Shown: positions 35,121 to 48,728, counted from the first letter of the stretch. The stretch is 64,000 nt of DNA from Mytilus edulis (GCF_963676685.1 NC_092353.1:36518001-36582000); one strand, 5' to 3'. Translations and numbers: made by a program. Notes: generated by a model not told the origin, from the letters alone.

Positions 35121-36637
35121 ATAATGACGACATTAATGAAAAGTTTGGTTAAAATAAAAGGACTGAGTAGCGTGTTCTTAGAAGTAAGGAGCGAAGTAAG
35201 GAGTAAGACAACCCGCTGAGTGTTTCGGTCTGGTACAAAATAGTATTCATACCCATATCAAATGATCTTTGTTCTCGTCCTTCTATGTATATTATGATCG
35301 TCATACGTCAATTCATGATCTTCAAAAGAAAACATAAGTATAAGATTTTGCAAATTTTCTGCACAATGTGTTTGCCATTATAGTTATGTTATGTAACATC
35401 AGTTTTACACATACAATGTATGTTCGTCCTAATAAATAACAGCCAGTCAAGAGCTCATAAAAATATAATTCTACCACTGTATTGAGGTTAATACGATATT
35501 CTTTTACTCGATACAAGTGTATTTTCTTATGTTTGACGCAAAGCTTACCAAATTTTTCAAATGAATAAAATTAAACTTCTGAGACTGGAGAAATATTGTA
35601 TTGCACGAAATTTGGTGGTGGAATTTGTTTCTCTTATAATTTTTAGACGATATTTAGACACTCTGTATCCATTTGTTCAATTCTTTACAGAAGATGTGTT
35701 CTTTTTTTATGTGACGCCATTTGCATGGTCGTATTTGTCGTGACGTCACACAGGAATGTTCAGCGACAAGCGAGGAAAATTGATGTTAACATTGAGTATT
35801 GACGAATACAAAGTGTAGATCAAACCTGAGACTACTATGCCACGTTTTATAGTAGTTTCAGATCAAACAACCCCCACGCTGATAATAAAAACATACTCCA
35901 ACAGTTTGTAAAAGTATAAATCATTAAAAATTAGGTGAACGGTAATAACCGATTAACAGTATGTATATAAACATATATATAATTAAAATAATTTAACGAT
36001 CAAACATTACTTTAGTAAATGTAAATAATATAAAAGCTTGCAGTTTAATACTTGGTTCATTTAAACAAACCATTATATTTCTTCCAACAAAGAGATTAAG
36101 TAAATTTTAATCTATATTAAATTCATCTTAAATCCTGTATTTGACATAAAAGATAATGACCTAAAGACATATAAAGTTTACTACACATCCATTTATAACA
36201 AAGCCGATTTAAAACTATAGTTGATATTTGAAACAAACCACATCGTAATCTGATATATATATAGTGTTTCAGTTTGATCATAATTTGATTTCATGCCAAC
36301 ATTCTTCAATACACACGGGGACGGTATATTTACCAATACAATATATTAGTTGTAAGCATGTCTTTTATGTAATGTTGAAAGACAAATAAAACGTCAATAT
36401 TACAATTTAAATTGACAATAGACAAAACAAATATTGAATATTGGATTTTCGAAATAACGATCAGTTTTGAGGTCTGTCTGTACATCTTCGTAGACGAGTG
36501 CCATTATTGAGTCTTAATTGTTCGATAACAGCAGAGACATACCGAGAGTATGTACCTTATGAAGCGATATTCACCTTCTTCGATATAGTATGGCTAGCAA
36601 ACAAATATAAAGCTATAAGCTATTATCAGTCAGTAAT

Positions 36638-38272
36638 ATGTACAGAGCTAAAAGGATGCATAAATATTCACCAGATACCGGAGATCCATATAGTGATGAT
36701 AACTATAATTCAGAAGAAGAGGAACGAGTTTACTACAGCTATCCTCAAAGACGCTTGATTAGATGTGTACCAACAAGGACAGTCTCCGAACACCATGATA
36801 ACAGAATTATTAAAAGGTATAGTGTTCGACAGAAAGAACCAGAAAGAGATCGCATTATGTATCCATCATCACATATCGTCAGGAAAACAAATTGTAAAAC
36901 CGAAAGTGAAACTCAATCTTCTTCAGATTATTACAGAGATAACACAGTTTATAAAGTACATGTAATTCCATCAAAGCCAACTGAAAAACGGAATAATAAA
37001 ACACCCAATTTGCATAAAAAGGAAGAACTTGAAACATATTCGTATTCATCTCCATCCTTCCGATTTATCCGCCGAGAAAATTCGGAAAGTGAAAGTGAAA
37101 CCGAATCTTCTACTGATTACAGCACTCAAACTAAACAACCGATTCAAAGGTCAAAAATGAAAACTGCGAGGTTTTCAAATTCATCCCCTAGACGTGTCGT
37201 AACTTATCACATCATTGAAGATCCTTCTGACAGAAAAATAGATCGAAATAAATCGAGTAAATTTGTATCTTCTAATAAATCCGATAATATTGTTAAACGT
37301 AGGATGGAAACTCTTCCTCGAACTCGACCTTATGGTGGTGAAACACGAGGACACAACTTGCCATATCAAACCAAACTTAATGATGATGTTACTTTTCTCC
37401 GACCCTATAGAGAAGTTCGTAGAAAGAATGAGATAAGTGAAAACAAGATGATTGTCAAAGATATACAGCAATCCTTTCCTAACACAAGAAAACCGGAAGG
37501 GTCTATAGAAAGTTACGCGTATACAAGTTCAGATGAAAGTTCCGAATCAGATAGTAGCGATGGATATACAACTGACAGTTCTGAAACTCAACAAAATGAC
37601 AGATATAATGCTCTGTCTACGAGATCAACACAGACAGAATGTCTTCTCGTTGACTATTCGAAAATGGTAAAATCTAGAGAAGAGCAAAGGAAATACGAGC
37701 AAGAACGACGACAACATGCACAGGAAAGGCATATTGTAAGTTTAGTTCAAAAGGAAGTAAACAAACCACGTTTAAAGTCGAACATTACCGGCGATTCATG
37801 TATAACTGCAACTATCGAAAACCCGACAAAACCACTTCCTAGTAATACGAAGGGGACAAGCACGTTGGATGATCCAGAGAAAACAAACGACATTAAGGAG
37901 AATGTTCCGATTGATTTGGAAAAGAAGGAAAGAGATGAGAGACGCAATCAATTAGAAGTATGGACAAATCCTAAGTTCAATTCTGACAATCGGCAAACAA
38001 TTTTAAATAATAATAAACAGGACAATGTTGTGTATAATTTTGATCAATGCAGAAACAACTCCAATACATTAACTGACAAGCGAGACGAAGCACCTGACAA
38101 TATTGACGTAAAAATATATTACGATGAAAATTTTGAATCGATGTACCCGCAGCCACGTAAAAAAGGTTGCCAGTTAGTTTATTATATAGATTTGAGACCA
38201 CCTACAAAAATAGTAGATCCGAAACCATTTGACGTATTCGAACGGCGTATCGTGCCTCAACCGAAACGTAAG
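36638..38272 (+). CDS. Family-A gene A3, exon 1 (545 aa disordered, charged region)
   Basis: Longest family-A copy. It ends at a phase-0 consensus donor aag|gtaaga after QPKRK and contains RSTQT. Confidence 0.82.
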
Positions 38273-38924
38273 GTAAGAAATTGAAAAGAAATAATACAGA
38301 TAAGAATAAAATTTTATAGAAATCTTTTTAATTGAATCATGAAATAACGACTAAACAATTTCTAGAAAAATAGTGACAAATAAGGTATTATTATCCTTAA
38401 ACTTCATATATTTTAGAGTTGCTACTTTAAAGGAAGCCCAATCAAATTATACATAATAGTAGAGTTGAAGCTGTTGTTTGGAAGATTTTTGGATGTTATG
38501 TTGATTTGTATCGGTTGACTATGATTGAATGTATGTGTCACAGATGACTACGGCTATGTTTCAACAATCGTACATGAAACTATAATTCCATTGTGTTTTT
38601 ATCGATTGTGGCATTAGCGAATGCACTTATATCACATGATTTGTGCTTGTAATGTACAGTGCAGATGCATCACGAACTGCTTGCCCCTTTGGAGTACCTG
38701 AGATCCCCCTGGTTTCTGATTGGGTTTGTATAGCTCAGTCACTGTCTGCAATGCACCATTTGTAGACCATGGCCAGACCGTTTTCAATTGAAAATCAATT
38801 TGATATAAAACCATCATTTTGATCTAAAAAAAACAATATGTAAGTGAGACATTTTCAGACTTATATACTGCGGGAAAATTAGTAATGTTCGGATATTTGG
38901 CATAGTGTTGCAGTCTTCAAAATA

Positions 38925-39222
38925 TAAAAGAGGGACGAAAGATAACAAAGTGACAGTCGAACTCATAGATTGAAAATAAATTGACAACGGCCTGGAAAAA
39001 AATAAAAAGACAAACAGACAAATAATAGAACAAATAATAGTACAGAAGACACAACATAGAAAACTAAAGACTAAGTAAAGCGAACCCCACCAAAACTGGG
39101 GGTGATATCAAGTGTTCAAGAAAGGTAAGCAGATTCTGCTCCACATGTGGCACCCGTCGTGTTGTTTATGTTATAACAAATCCGGTGCATAGTCTAATTC
39201 GGTAGGTCACATTCGTGAAAAG
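38925..39222 (+). repeat. Dispersed SINE-like repeat (second copy at 40765-41020)
   Basis: aagagggacgaaagata…aaactaaagac…cccaccaaaactgggggtgat…ctccacatgtggcac is shared with 40765-40990. Confidence 0.7.
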
Positions 39223-39659
39223 TGAAATATGTGTATTCTATGTTCAAACTGTTCAGTAGTATGTATTTTCTGTACACATCAATTATATACTGAATTGTCC
39301 GAAAACCTACTGAACAATACGTATTGAATTGTCTCCTGGCAAATGTTCTGAACAGTACTGAAAAAAACACAGTAGATAAGTCTAAACACTTGTCTTATAC
39401 TCAGAGCACCTAATAAATAAGTTGATGCAATGACCAAAAGGATGCATTTACTGTTAATATATGTTCGTTAATCTTATTTCTGGATGGGGTATCGTTTGGT
39501 TTTTTTAACCATCCCTCTGTACTCTTATCTGTGTCATATACTTTAATCACGAAAACCAACGACAACCACTTAATAACAGGCTGACACGACAGGCACACGA
39601 ATAATGTGGCAGGGTTCCACTCTTGGATACAAAAAAAAACCAACTTCAACAAACACACA

Positions 39660-39895
39660 GAATCGACAAGAACGGGTTCTTATACATCCGAATAACAAAA
39701 AGACACTAAGTACAAATCTGAGATTACTCGCAGTTACTGACAGTTAGTTCAAAGCAAATAACGACTAATAAAATAGCATTCTCCTGAGATTAAGTATCAA
39801 TCAGTACACATACGACATCCTACTGATTTAGAGAAAAGATGTCAAAAACAGTCAGAGAAAAATATGACCTTGAGCAATGCCAATTTACCTATATT
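39660..39895 (-). repeat. Penelope-type 3' terminal fragment, inverted relative to 56070-56280
   Basis: tactcgcagttactgacagttagttcaaagc and aatcagtacaca are reverse complements of sequence at 56135-56225. Confidence 0.7.
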
Positions 39896-39912
39896 TCACA
39901 TAAACGAATTTT

Positions 39913-40234
39913 AAATAAACACAAAAATGCAATGCAAAGTGTCAAAAAGTAAATTCAACCAGTATTGGAAAAACTTTAACTACTACTTTTATCATTGACT
40001 ACAGTACGATCACTAATATTTCCAATGTAATTATTTCAGAAAAAACATCCCGATTACGCAGTCAAGGTTGGTGAAATAAACACAAAAATGCGATGCAAAG
40101 TGTCAAAAAGTAAATTCACCCAGTATTGGAAAAACTTTAACTACTACTTTTATCATTAACTACAGTACGATCACTAATATTTCCAATGTAATTATTTCAG
40201 AAAAAGCATCCCGATTACGCAGTCAAGGTTGGTG
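39913..40234 (+). repeat. Recent 161-bp tandem duplication spanning the A3 exon-2 acceptor
   Basis: 39913-40073 and 40074-40234 are near-identical and each contains attatttcag|aaaaa(a/g)catcccgattacgcagtcaaggttggtg. Confidence 0.93.
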
Positions 40235-40407
40235 GCGGATGGAATACAATGAATGACTATATGGAAAGACATGAACCAGTGAAAAGATTCGTTTATGAAA
40301 GAGAACATTTAAAAAACTCTGATTTACCGGAGGCAAAGAAAAAGTACTATGGATTCAGATCAAATTATAAGTCACCACGATATAATCAACCTCATCGTAC
40401 TATATGA
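40201..40407 (+). CDS. Family-A gene A3, exon 2 (C-half GAR exon); not in the ORF track
   Basis: KKHPDYAVKVGGGWNTMNDYMERHEPVKRFVYEREHLKNSDLPEAKKKYYGFRSNYKSPRYNQPHRTI*. The phase-0 acceptor matches the donor at 38272. Confidence 0.82.
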   Translation, partial: KKHPDYAVKVGGGWNTMNDYMERHEPVKRFVYEREHLKNSDLPEAKKKYYGFRSNYKSPRYNQPHRTI

Positions 40408-42256
40408 ATCAAATCTATTTTTCAGGACTTTAAGTAGTACATGTTTTGTTATTGTTGAAGTTTTCAGGTCCGGACCGATGTTGTTAGTCTTCTACGGTAC
40501 CATTTGCAATGTCTCAACTGTATATCTATACATGATATTTTTATATCAAAATTTTAATTTTGTAAACTAAGGTTTCAACTCTAAGTTGGCCATATAAAGT
40601 TTAAGCTGATTTGGTGTTATTTAGTTTGATTTTCGTGCTCCAAGATATTTAAATTCTTTTGTACTATACGAGCTTTGTGGATGGTTTTTCAATATCCGAA
40701 ATAAAAATGTGAAGATCTTAGGAAATTAATTAATTTCACCAACAATTTTCAAACGATATTTAAAAAAGAGGCGAAAGATACCAGAGGAAATTCTTACTAA
40801 TAAGGCAAAAATAGACTAACAACGCCATGGCTAAAAACGAAAATGACTTACATACAAACAGATATACATAAAACACAAACTAGACAACTAAAACCTGTGC
40901 AAAACGAGCCCAACCAAAAACTGGTGGTGATCACGGGTGTTCACATGTGCTCCAGAAGAGAAAATATACCCAGCTCTTCATGTGGCATTGACATTTATAA
41001 AAGCAGCCTATGTCGTTCTTTCTGGTGATCTTCAAACAACAAGTGTCTAAAATAATGTTATTTTGATAACTTTGTATACGAATTTTTCTATATGCAATAA
41101 TATATAACAAAAAGAGCGGATAAATAAACACCAAAAGAGCACTTCAAATGGGTACGAAATATTATTAATAAAGATTACGAAATGGTAAGCTGAGAAGTAT
41201 GAAAATAAAAATTTGTGATATGATTGTCAATGAAACTAAGCTAAATCAGAGTCCAAATGATATAGCAGTTATTTACTAAGTATCAGTCATAAGGGTTGCA
41301 TTACCTCAATACTTAGTATTTCTGTATCATTTGTTATAGCAAACCTTCTTTAAATTTACCGTTGGTCAATTTAGAAACATCGAAAACTAAGGTTTCAACT
41401 TAATCAAGCAAATTTTAACATAGATGAATTATGCTATTATTTGTAGTTTCGTTTTGGTCGACGGCTCTGTAGCAGATTGATAACCTTGTTGACTTTCAAG
41501 CATTCGGCTTTGCGCCTAATGAAATCAAGAAAGTGCTTTGGACGCATGAAATTTATTCAGTATTGATTTCATCTTTTCCTACTTTTTGTTCTCGGTTAAT
41601 AATGTTCTTCTACTTATAATCACTATCGTGTCAGTGTGGGTAAAAATAAGTGATGAAAGTTTGGTTCGTATTTTCCAGGTCGTGTTATATGGGTTTTGGA
41701 AATAAAAACTATGATAGATATCTATAAGATGCCCAAGAATGATAACAAAAGATAACTAGAAGCACATTCTACAAGATTTTTATTACTGAAAAACATGAAA
41801 TAATCAAAATTGGAAATGAAACATATTTATGAGGGTCAAAATAGTTAGACGACAAACACGTGTATGAGAAAACCATACCAGTAAAATTTTCAGAAAGGAT
41901 AGCTTGTAGCTCTAAATTTACGTATATATACATTTAAAGGCATGTATTATTCAATTTGTATATTGATTCATTTGAAATTTTAAATGGAAATTTTATCTGA
42001 ATAACAACTGCATACGGATGGTTAGGTTTAAATGCATAATATAGCATATGTTTATTTTAAGTTTGGTACATACGTTTTGTTCATTGTGCATAACAATGCA
42101 ATTTGCCAAAATAAATAATACACTTATCGTGAAGCGGTTAACAAAAACGGTTAAAAAATAAAGACATAGTTGATTTTAGTCTGTGTATTAACCATAAACA
42201 AGGAAGTAATAAGTTTTTGAACTAATCAAAAACTAGAATCAACAGACAACGGTGAA

Positions 42257-43309
42257 ATGAAGAAGAAAAGTGGAAAGTATGAACAATCGAAAAACGAGGG
42301 ATATCTTGGTGTTATGTGTTGTACCAGTGGGAATGTGCAGGAACCATCTTGCTTAAGAACTGTTGAACACTCAGATATAAAGGAAGTAGGTCAAAACAAC
42401 AACAATAATAGTGCAGATCACAAGGATAAAGAACGTGGAAAGTCAATGTCTAGCTCAAAAGACGAATGTCGTCATAGTAATGTAAGTTTGATTAATCGTG
42501 TACAACCTACAAAAGATATTTTTCAAACATCAGAAACTATTGAAGAGCACCCTGAAAATTTAGAAAATGTATTAAATGATACAGATTATGTGTCTAGAAA
42601 CATAAAGAAAAAGAAAAAGAAAAAAACTAAAATACGTAGCAAAGAGGAAAATAATTTCGAACATGCAAAATTTGCAGAAATACTTATCAAGAGGCTTGAA
42701 GATGTATTAGCTAAACAAAATACCAATCAAGACCCTGGGTCTAAAGAGAAACAAACAGCTGATATTAACAGGACTGTGACTAAAGACAGTAAGGAAGGCT
42801 TAATATTAAAACGCAACAATTCGGTGAAAGAAGTTAGAAACGCTTCCAATACAAACAAACGAAATACACATGTACAGTTTAATAACGGAAAGACAACATA
42901 TTCAACAGGAAAAGATACTTACAAAGAATCGAATGCTAGAAAAGCGGATGAGAAAAGGAGAATGCAGAAATCGCCTAATGTATTACATGTTAAAGACCGA
43001 TCATTTCAAAATCAAATTCAAATACATCGGCAAATTAAACCGAAAATTACATACGAAGATTGTATTGTTTTTGGTGGGCGCGAAGAATTACAAAAGCCAT
43101 CTCATATTCAATCGAACAAATATTTCATTATAAAATACGATTCTGATCATGAAGAAAATGAAGAACGGCCAAAAAATTTCTCTCGATATAATCCGTTTCT
43201 TGACAACGTAAATGAAATGAAAAATGGAAAATTTTATCGAGCAAATTCTACTAAACAATGTCATGCTATCCCAAAACGAACTGGAAGGATTTTTAGGATT
43301 GCGAATTAA
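42257..43309 (+). CDS. Family-B copy B1, truncated paralogue of 46278 gene
   Basis: Shares C.SG.V.E.SC..T..HS, KFAEIL.KRLE and SNKYF...YDSDH.ENE.RP...S.YNPF…NEM.NGKF.RANSTK with B2. Homology stops at about 43270. The upstream flank 41850-42200 resembles 46030-46400. Confidence 0.68.
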   Translation: MKKKSGKYEQSKNEGYLGVMCCTSGNVQEPSCLRTVEHSDIKEVGQNNNNNSADHKDKERGKSMSSSKDECRHSNVSLINRVQPTKDIFQTSETIEEHPENLENVLNDTDYVSRNIKKKKKKKTKIRSKEENNFEHAKFAEILIKRLEDVLAKQNTNQDPGSKEKQTADINRTVTKDSKEGLILKRNNSVKEVRNASNTNKRNTHVQFNNGKTTYSTGKDTYKESNARKADEKRRMQKSPNVLHVKDRSFQNQIQIHRQIKPKITYEDCIVFGGREELQKPSHIQSNKYFIIKYDSDHEENEERPKNFSRYNPFLDNVNEMKNGKFYRANSTKQCHAIPKRTGRIFRIAN

Positions 43310-43689
43310 AACATTTCATAAAGTAAATGTATTGGTTGTCACTTATGTTTAAATAATGACAAGAAGTAAGTCTGTCGGTATCAATTATATCATATGTTAG
43401 GCGAAAATAACTTGATCTGTTGTGATAGATGTATAAAAAGGATGTAGAGGACAATACGCCATTAACACACAAAATAAACAAAACATAATAACAATATTCT
43501 TATTTTTTGAATTTTCTCATTGGTGCACAGTTTCAGCAGTCTGAGACTATAAACTTTAAGGTATAGTACTGCTACTTTAATTATTCACCCCTTATTTTAT
43601 TGTATATCATTTTGTATTTATCACATTTATTCGTTCAGTGTATGTGCACTAGTGTTGATTTGTCTTTTGATTGAGGTAATCTATTTCCA

Positions 43690-44170
43690 TAGATATTTAT
43701 AGTGTGTCTTTTGGTGTGATGTTACACTATTGTTTCAGATAATGATAAAGGTTGGAAACTATTAAAACGTTTAAAAAGTAAAATTTGAACTCCAAGGTAA
43801 ATTCAAAACGGAAATGCCAAAAATCAAATGGCAAAATTGAAAGCTCAAACACATCGAACGACTTTCATACTTCTGACTTGGTACAGGCCTTTTTTTTAAA
43901 CCCGATCAGTCAGGAATCTGATGTTCAGTATTTGTCGTTTTGTAACTGTGGTCCATAAGTGTTTCTTGTTTCTCGTTTTTATATAGATTGGACCGTTAGT
44001 TTTTCCCGTTTGAATGGTTTTACACTAGGCCATTTATAACTTGCTGTTCGGTGTAAGCCAAGGCTCTGTGTTGAAGACTTTACTTTGACCTATAATGGTA
44101 TACTTATTTATATTGAGACTTGGATGGAGAGTTGTCTCATTGGTACTCATACCACATCTTCTTATATCTA
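43690..44170 (+). repeat. SINE-like repeat with a nested inverted fragment of another family
   Basis: Core gtcaggaatctgatgttcag…ggagagttgtctcattggtactcataccacatctt recurs at 51000-51250, 52230-52330, 56480-56745 and 58400-58580. Insert aaaagtaaa…gacttggtacagg at ~43775-43890. Confidence 0.65.
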
Positions 44171-45328
44171 ATGATAGCAATACTATAAGAAGTTAAAGGT
44201 TAGAACCTTAATACAAATTTAATACTGGATTAATCGCATACGTGTATGTTAAGCTGTAATCTTAATTTATAGTTTTAACTTTTACTTATAAATATGATAT
44301 TTTAAATAACAAAAAATATGTATGTCAATTAGCATTACAAATAAAACATGCATCTCTTAGTAACTGAGTCAATTGACAAGAAAATAATCTGGAATGAACA
44401 AAGGGAGAGTTGAGATCTCACAAAACATGTTTAACCCCGTCTCATTTTTGCGCCTATTCCTAGTCAGAACCTCTGAACTTTGTTCGTCTTATATGTTTTT
44501 TAATTCTAGTTCTATTATACTTTGGTGTTAAGTATGACTTCAGTTTTCACTGAACTAGTACACAGTTTTATTTACGGGTCATCTGAGGCCCAACCCCGGA
44601 TGTGAAATTTTCTCGCTGCATTGAAGACACATTAGTGGCCTTCGGCTGTTATCTGCTCTTTGGTCGGGTTGTTGTTTATTTGACATATTCCTAATTTCCA
44701 TTCTCAATTTTAAAGAGTATGCGGTAAAATCAACATTACAACGACTGTTTAAGTAATAGATGTAACGAAGATGGTTTCTGTGTATTGTGCAAGTTCATAA
44801 TTTCCAAAAACTTCTAAACATTATAGTATCACGTGATATGGTAGGGTCCCGTGTTGTTCGGTTACTTCAAAAACAAACAGATTTTTTTAAAGCTAAAACA
44901 TTGACAACGTATTGTTAGGTTGGTCGTCCTAACGTTATTAACTTGGCCTCCAAGAAGTCCGTATCGTACATGTTTCCTAACTTTTTTTTATAAAGAAGAA
45001 ATGTTTTTTGACAAATTTAGCTTCGAATTGCGGTCTTTACATTAGTACCCGACAATCAAAACATTTTGTTATGTAATTTTTTAAGAGAGTTTTGTTTTTG
45101 AATTGAACATTCAGAATCCAATATTTCTCCACCAGCCATGTCCAATTAGAATCAATTGCAAGTGTGTATTATTTGTAGAAGACCTTGCATATATTAGTCT
45201 TACCAATATATTAAGGTGTGTTTATATTAAGCCATGGCGTTGTCAGTTAATGTTTTACTTATATGTCTGAATCTCCCTCTGGTATAGTTCGCCTCTATTC
45301 TGCAAACGTGTATGGTAATATTAGTTAC

Positions 45329-45720
45329 ACAGTGTACAATTGTCCTTATACAACAATTTATCGGGTTAATAAAATTCATATCGGGTGAGGCGAAGCCAAA
45401 CCCGATATGAATTTTATTGACCTGATAAATTCCGTATTAGGACAATTTCACACTGTATCGAATTTATCCTGATTTTGTTATTTTACAAATTTATATATTC
45501 AAATATTTAGGACAATATCAACCAAATATAATTAAATATTTAATCTAAAACTGTGAAAAATGAAAAATATTAGGACTATAAAGCAACTAAAAAAAATATA
45601 TTTTAGGTCAACGTTATAAGGGAGATAATGCCATTGACGTAATAAAAAATTGTACTGAAATTTATTACGTCAATATCAGCCAATCAAATTGCGAGAAATT
45701 ACTCTATATCAGGATAAAAT
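45329..45720. mobile_element. Non-autonomous element with 128-bp terminal hairpin and subterminal inverted repeat (Helentron/MITE-like)
   Basis: Long imperfect stem 45329-45456 around ggcgaagcc. tttatcctgat (~45463) is inverted at atcaggataaa (~45708). Confidence 0.55.
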
Positions 45721-46277
45721 TGTTTATTATCGTTGTGACATTATTTTTCATAATTTTTATATTCTTATCATAAATCTAATCAATGGCAATTTATTGACAA
45801 TTTCAATATGAAAATGATATCTTTATGAAAGGGTTGTTTTATCATTTTACATTACAATGTTTATGGAATAAATAAAGAAGGAAAACACTAGAATTGTGAA
45901 AAATTAGAACTCTCACCATGATTGATATCCGATATTCAAGAATGATAGCCATAATCACATGTTTCAACCTTTGTATTCTTCAAGTCAGCAATAATGCATA
46001 AAATCAATAAGTGTTAAAAAGGTTGTGGACCAAGACGTGTTTTAGAAAAATATACAAATTAAATATCCGTATCTATTGGCTTGTCTTAAACTTTATGTAT
46101 AAATGCATTTAAAGGTATGCATTCTTTTGTTCTTACATTGATTCTTTTCAAATATCAAATGGAAATGTTATCTGAAAGAAAACGTATTTAGATTGTTAAG
46201 TTGTTTAAATGCATTTAATAACACAAGATTATTTCAATATTTGATTATACGTTTGATAAATTGTGCATTGAAATTCA

Positions 46278-48728
46278 ATGTACCAAAGAAATTCTGCACT
46301 TGACGTAAAAGGATTACAAGTAATGCCAGTAGAAAAAGGAACAAATCGACATTCAAATCATAAAGCTATTATTGATTCAGTTTGGTGTGAAAATTGTAAA
46401 GATAGGGAGTTCGCGAATATTGGAACATGTGTAATATCAAAATCAGTAAACCAAAATATGACGAATAGTGAAAAGTCGGGAAACGAGGGAATATTTCTTG
46501 ATAGTATTCGTTGCAGCAGTGGCAAAGTTCATGAACTATCATGCGTTGGAACTGCTGATCACTCAGGTTCAAAAGGAGAACAAAACAAGAAAGACCAAAT
46601 GGATAATTCAGAAAACAAGGGAGAAAAAAGAAAAAAACCCGGGACTACTTCAAAAGATAAATCTCGCCAACTTTCTAAAAATATTTTATTAGAAACTACA
46701 AAAAAACAATTGCAAAATATATCAAACGATACAGAAGATATGTCAGCTGAGAAAAAGAAAAAGAAAACTAAAAACCATAAAAAGGAAAGGAGAGAGTTAA
46801 TTAGTTCGGAACAAAATGTGAAATTTGCTGAAATACTCAGAAAGCGACTTGAATGTGAATTGGCTAGACGAAATGACAATCATGTTGTTGATATTTACAC
46901 AACTGTTTGTAAGGATAAAAAGGAAGGCATCAAGGAAAAAGGCAAATTGGAAATAGATATGAAAAACGATTTATCTAAACACAAAACATCAAAAGACGTA
47001 AAGACTGATACAGTATCGACAACGAACACAATGAAAACAGACCATAGCAACGAACGTTATACAAATAAGGATAATGAGAGTAAGCAGACGCCTAAATCGG
47101 AAAATCAAATGCATGTTAAAGATAGAAACACACATCGTAGTGAAAATGAGTCGAAATCCGCAAACAAAATGCATGTTAAAGATAGAAACACACATCGTAG
47201 TGAAAATGAGTCGAAATCCGCAAACAAAATGCATGTTAAAGATAGAAACACACATCGTAGTGAAAATGAGTCGAAATCCGCAAACAAAATACATGTTAAA
47301 GATCAAAACACACATCTTAGTGAAGGTGAGATGGAATCCGCAAACAAAATGCATATTAAAGATAGACACACACATCGTAGTAAAAATGAGCCTGAATCCG
47401 CAAACAAAATGCATGTTAAAGATAGAAACACACATCGTAGTGAAAATGAAAAGCAGTCAAACAGTAAAGCCAACAACAATTCCGAAGACACACCTGTCAA
47501 AGATATCTATAAACAACCAAGGAAACCAACACGTATAAAATCGAACAAATATTTTAATTTAAGATACGATTCTGATCATGACGAAAATGAAGGTAGGCCA
47601 AGAAAATCCTCTCAATATAATCCGTTTCCTGTTAATGAAATGATAAACGGAAAATTTCATCGAGCAAATTCTACTAAAACGTTCCATTCTTCATCAGAAC
47701 AACGACATGTGTACAGGTCAGTGTCTAATGCATCTGTTTTCTCAAGCTCAATAGAGGTAACTGAAGAGTCTCCAGCAAATTTGTATTCTTCTTATCAAAA
47801 TATTCTCTTTCACTCACACACAAAAGATGAATTGCATTGGCGTATGCGGAAGAAGCACCAGTTTTCTGACGTTTCTGATCGAGTCGACCAAAATGAAGGG
47901 GTGCCAAATGAACCAAAAGTAAATTCTAACAAAAATCGCATGACTTATAACACTAGTAAAGACAATATGACAAAAACGAACGCTAATGTAAGCAACCCCA
48001 CTGAAAAAAATAGAAGAGAACATATTTCACGAGTGCCTAAGCCAAAATACAATGCCTGGACTATAGAATCGTCAAACGAACAAGAAGCAAAGGTAGATGC
48101 AAAGAACAATAAATTCAGGGAGAAAGTAATTAAAGCAGCACGCCATCCTCAAAATCGTTGCTTTTATTCAGAGGATGACGATAAAGACTTAGTATTAATA
48201 ATGGTACAAAATGAATTTCAAAAACAGTACCAAAGAATAAAAGAAGTTCGTATGAAGAATGAGCTAAACCAAAAAGACAGGCAACAAGAACAAAACGAAT
48301 CCGACAATAGAAATATAAAGAATGTAAAAAAGGAATCCAAAGACCCATTTCGGGACCGTAGCAAAAATTGTAGTGCCTATAAAGATGATACAGGTGTTAA
48401 TTTGATCAGCAAAGAAAGTGACGAATTGCAAAGGTTAAAAGTTGATACTGCGAAAAGGGAAAAAACTGCAAAGAAGAGCAAATTCATGAACGAAACAGTA
48501 GATAGAGTTCCAAGTAAAAAGACCGAAGATTCAACAGAGGATTCGAATGATGAAAATAAAGATGTGTCTGCTTCAATGGTACACGAATTCAAGAAAGAAC
48601 AAGACAAATTTGAGGAAAAGAAAGATGTTTTACAGTCCATCGTTGATATACACGATATTGGTGTTAATGTTGCGCCTCCACATCACGCACACCAAAAGGT
48701 GGAAAAATATTTCAGAGTACCGTCAAAG
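46278..48728 (+). CDS. Family-B gene B2, exon 1 (817 aa disordered Lys/Glu/Asn-rich region with 20-aa repeats)
   Basis: Long ORF ending at a phase-0 donor aag|gtaatt after RVPSK. The true start may be downstream of 46278. Confidence 0.8.
47109..47449 (+). repeat. Coding 60-bp tandem repeat (~5.7 copies of MHVKDRNTHRSENESKSANK)
   Basis: Exact 60-bp periodicity is visible in the sequence lines. The first three units are essentially identical. Confidence 0.95.

Noticed and set aside
41490-41560. Possible further hammerhead remnant
   Set aside because: The core boxes are too degenerate to support.
46989-47538. Overlapping ORFs on both strands
   Set aside because: By-product of the stop-free 60-bp tandem repeat.
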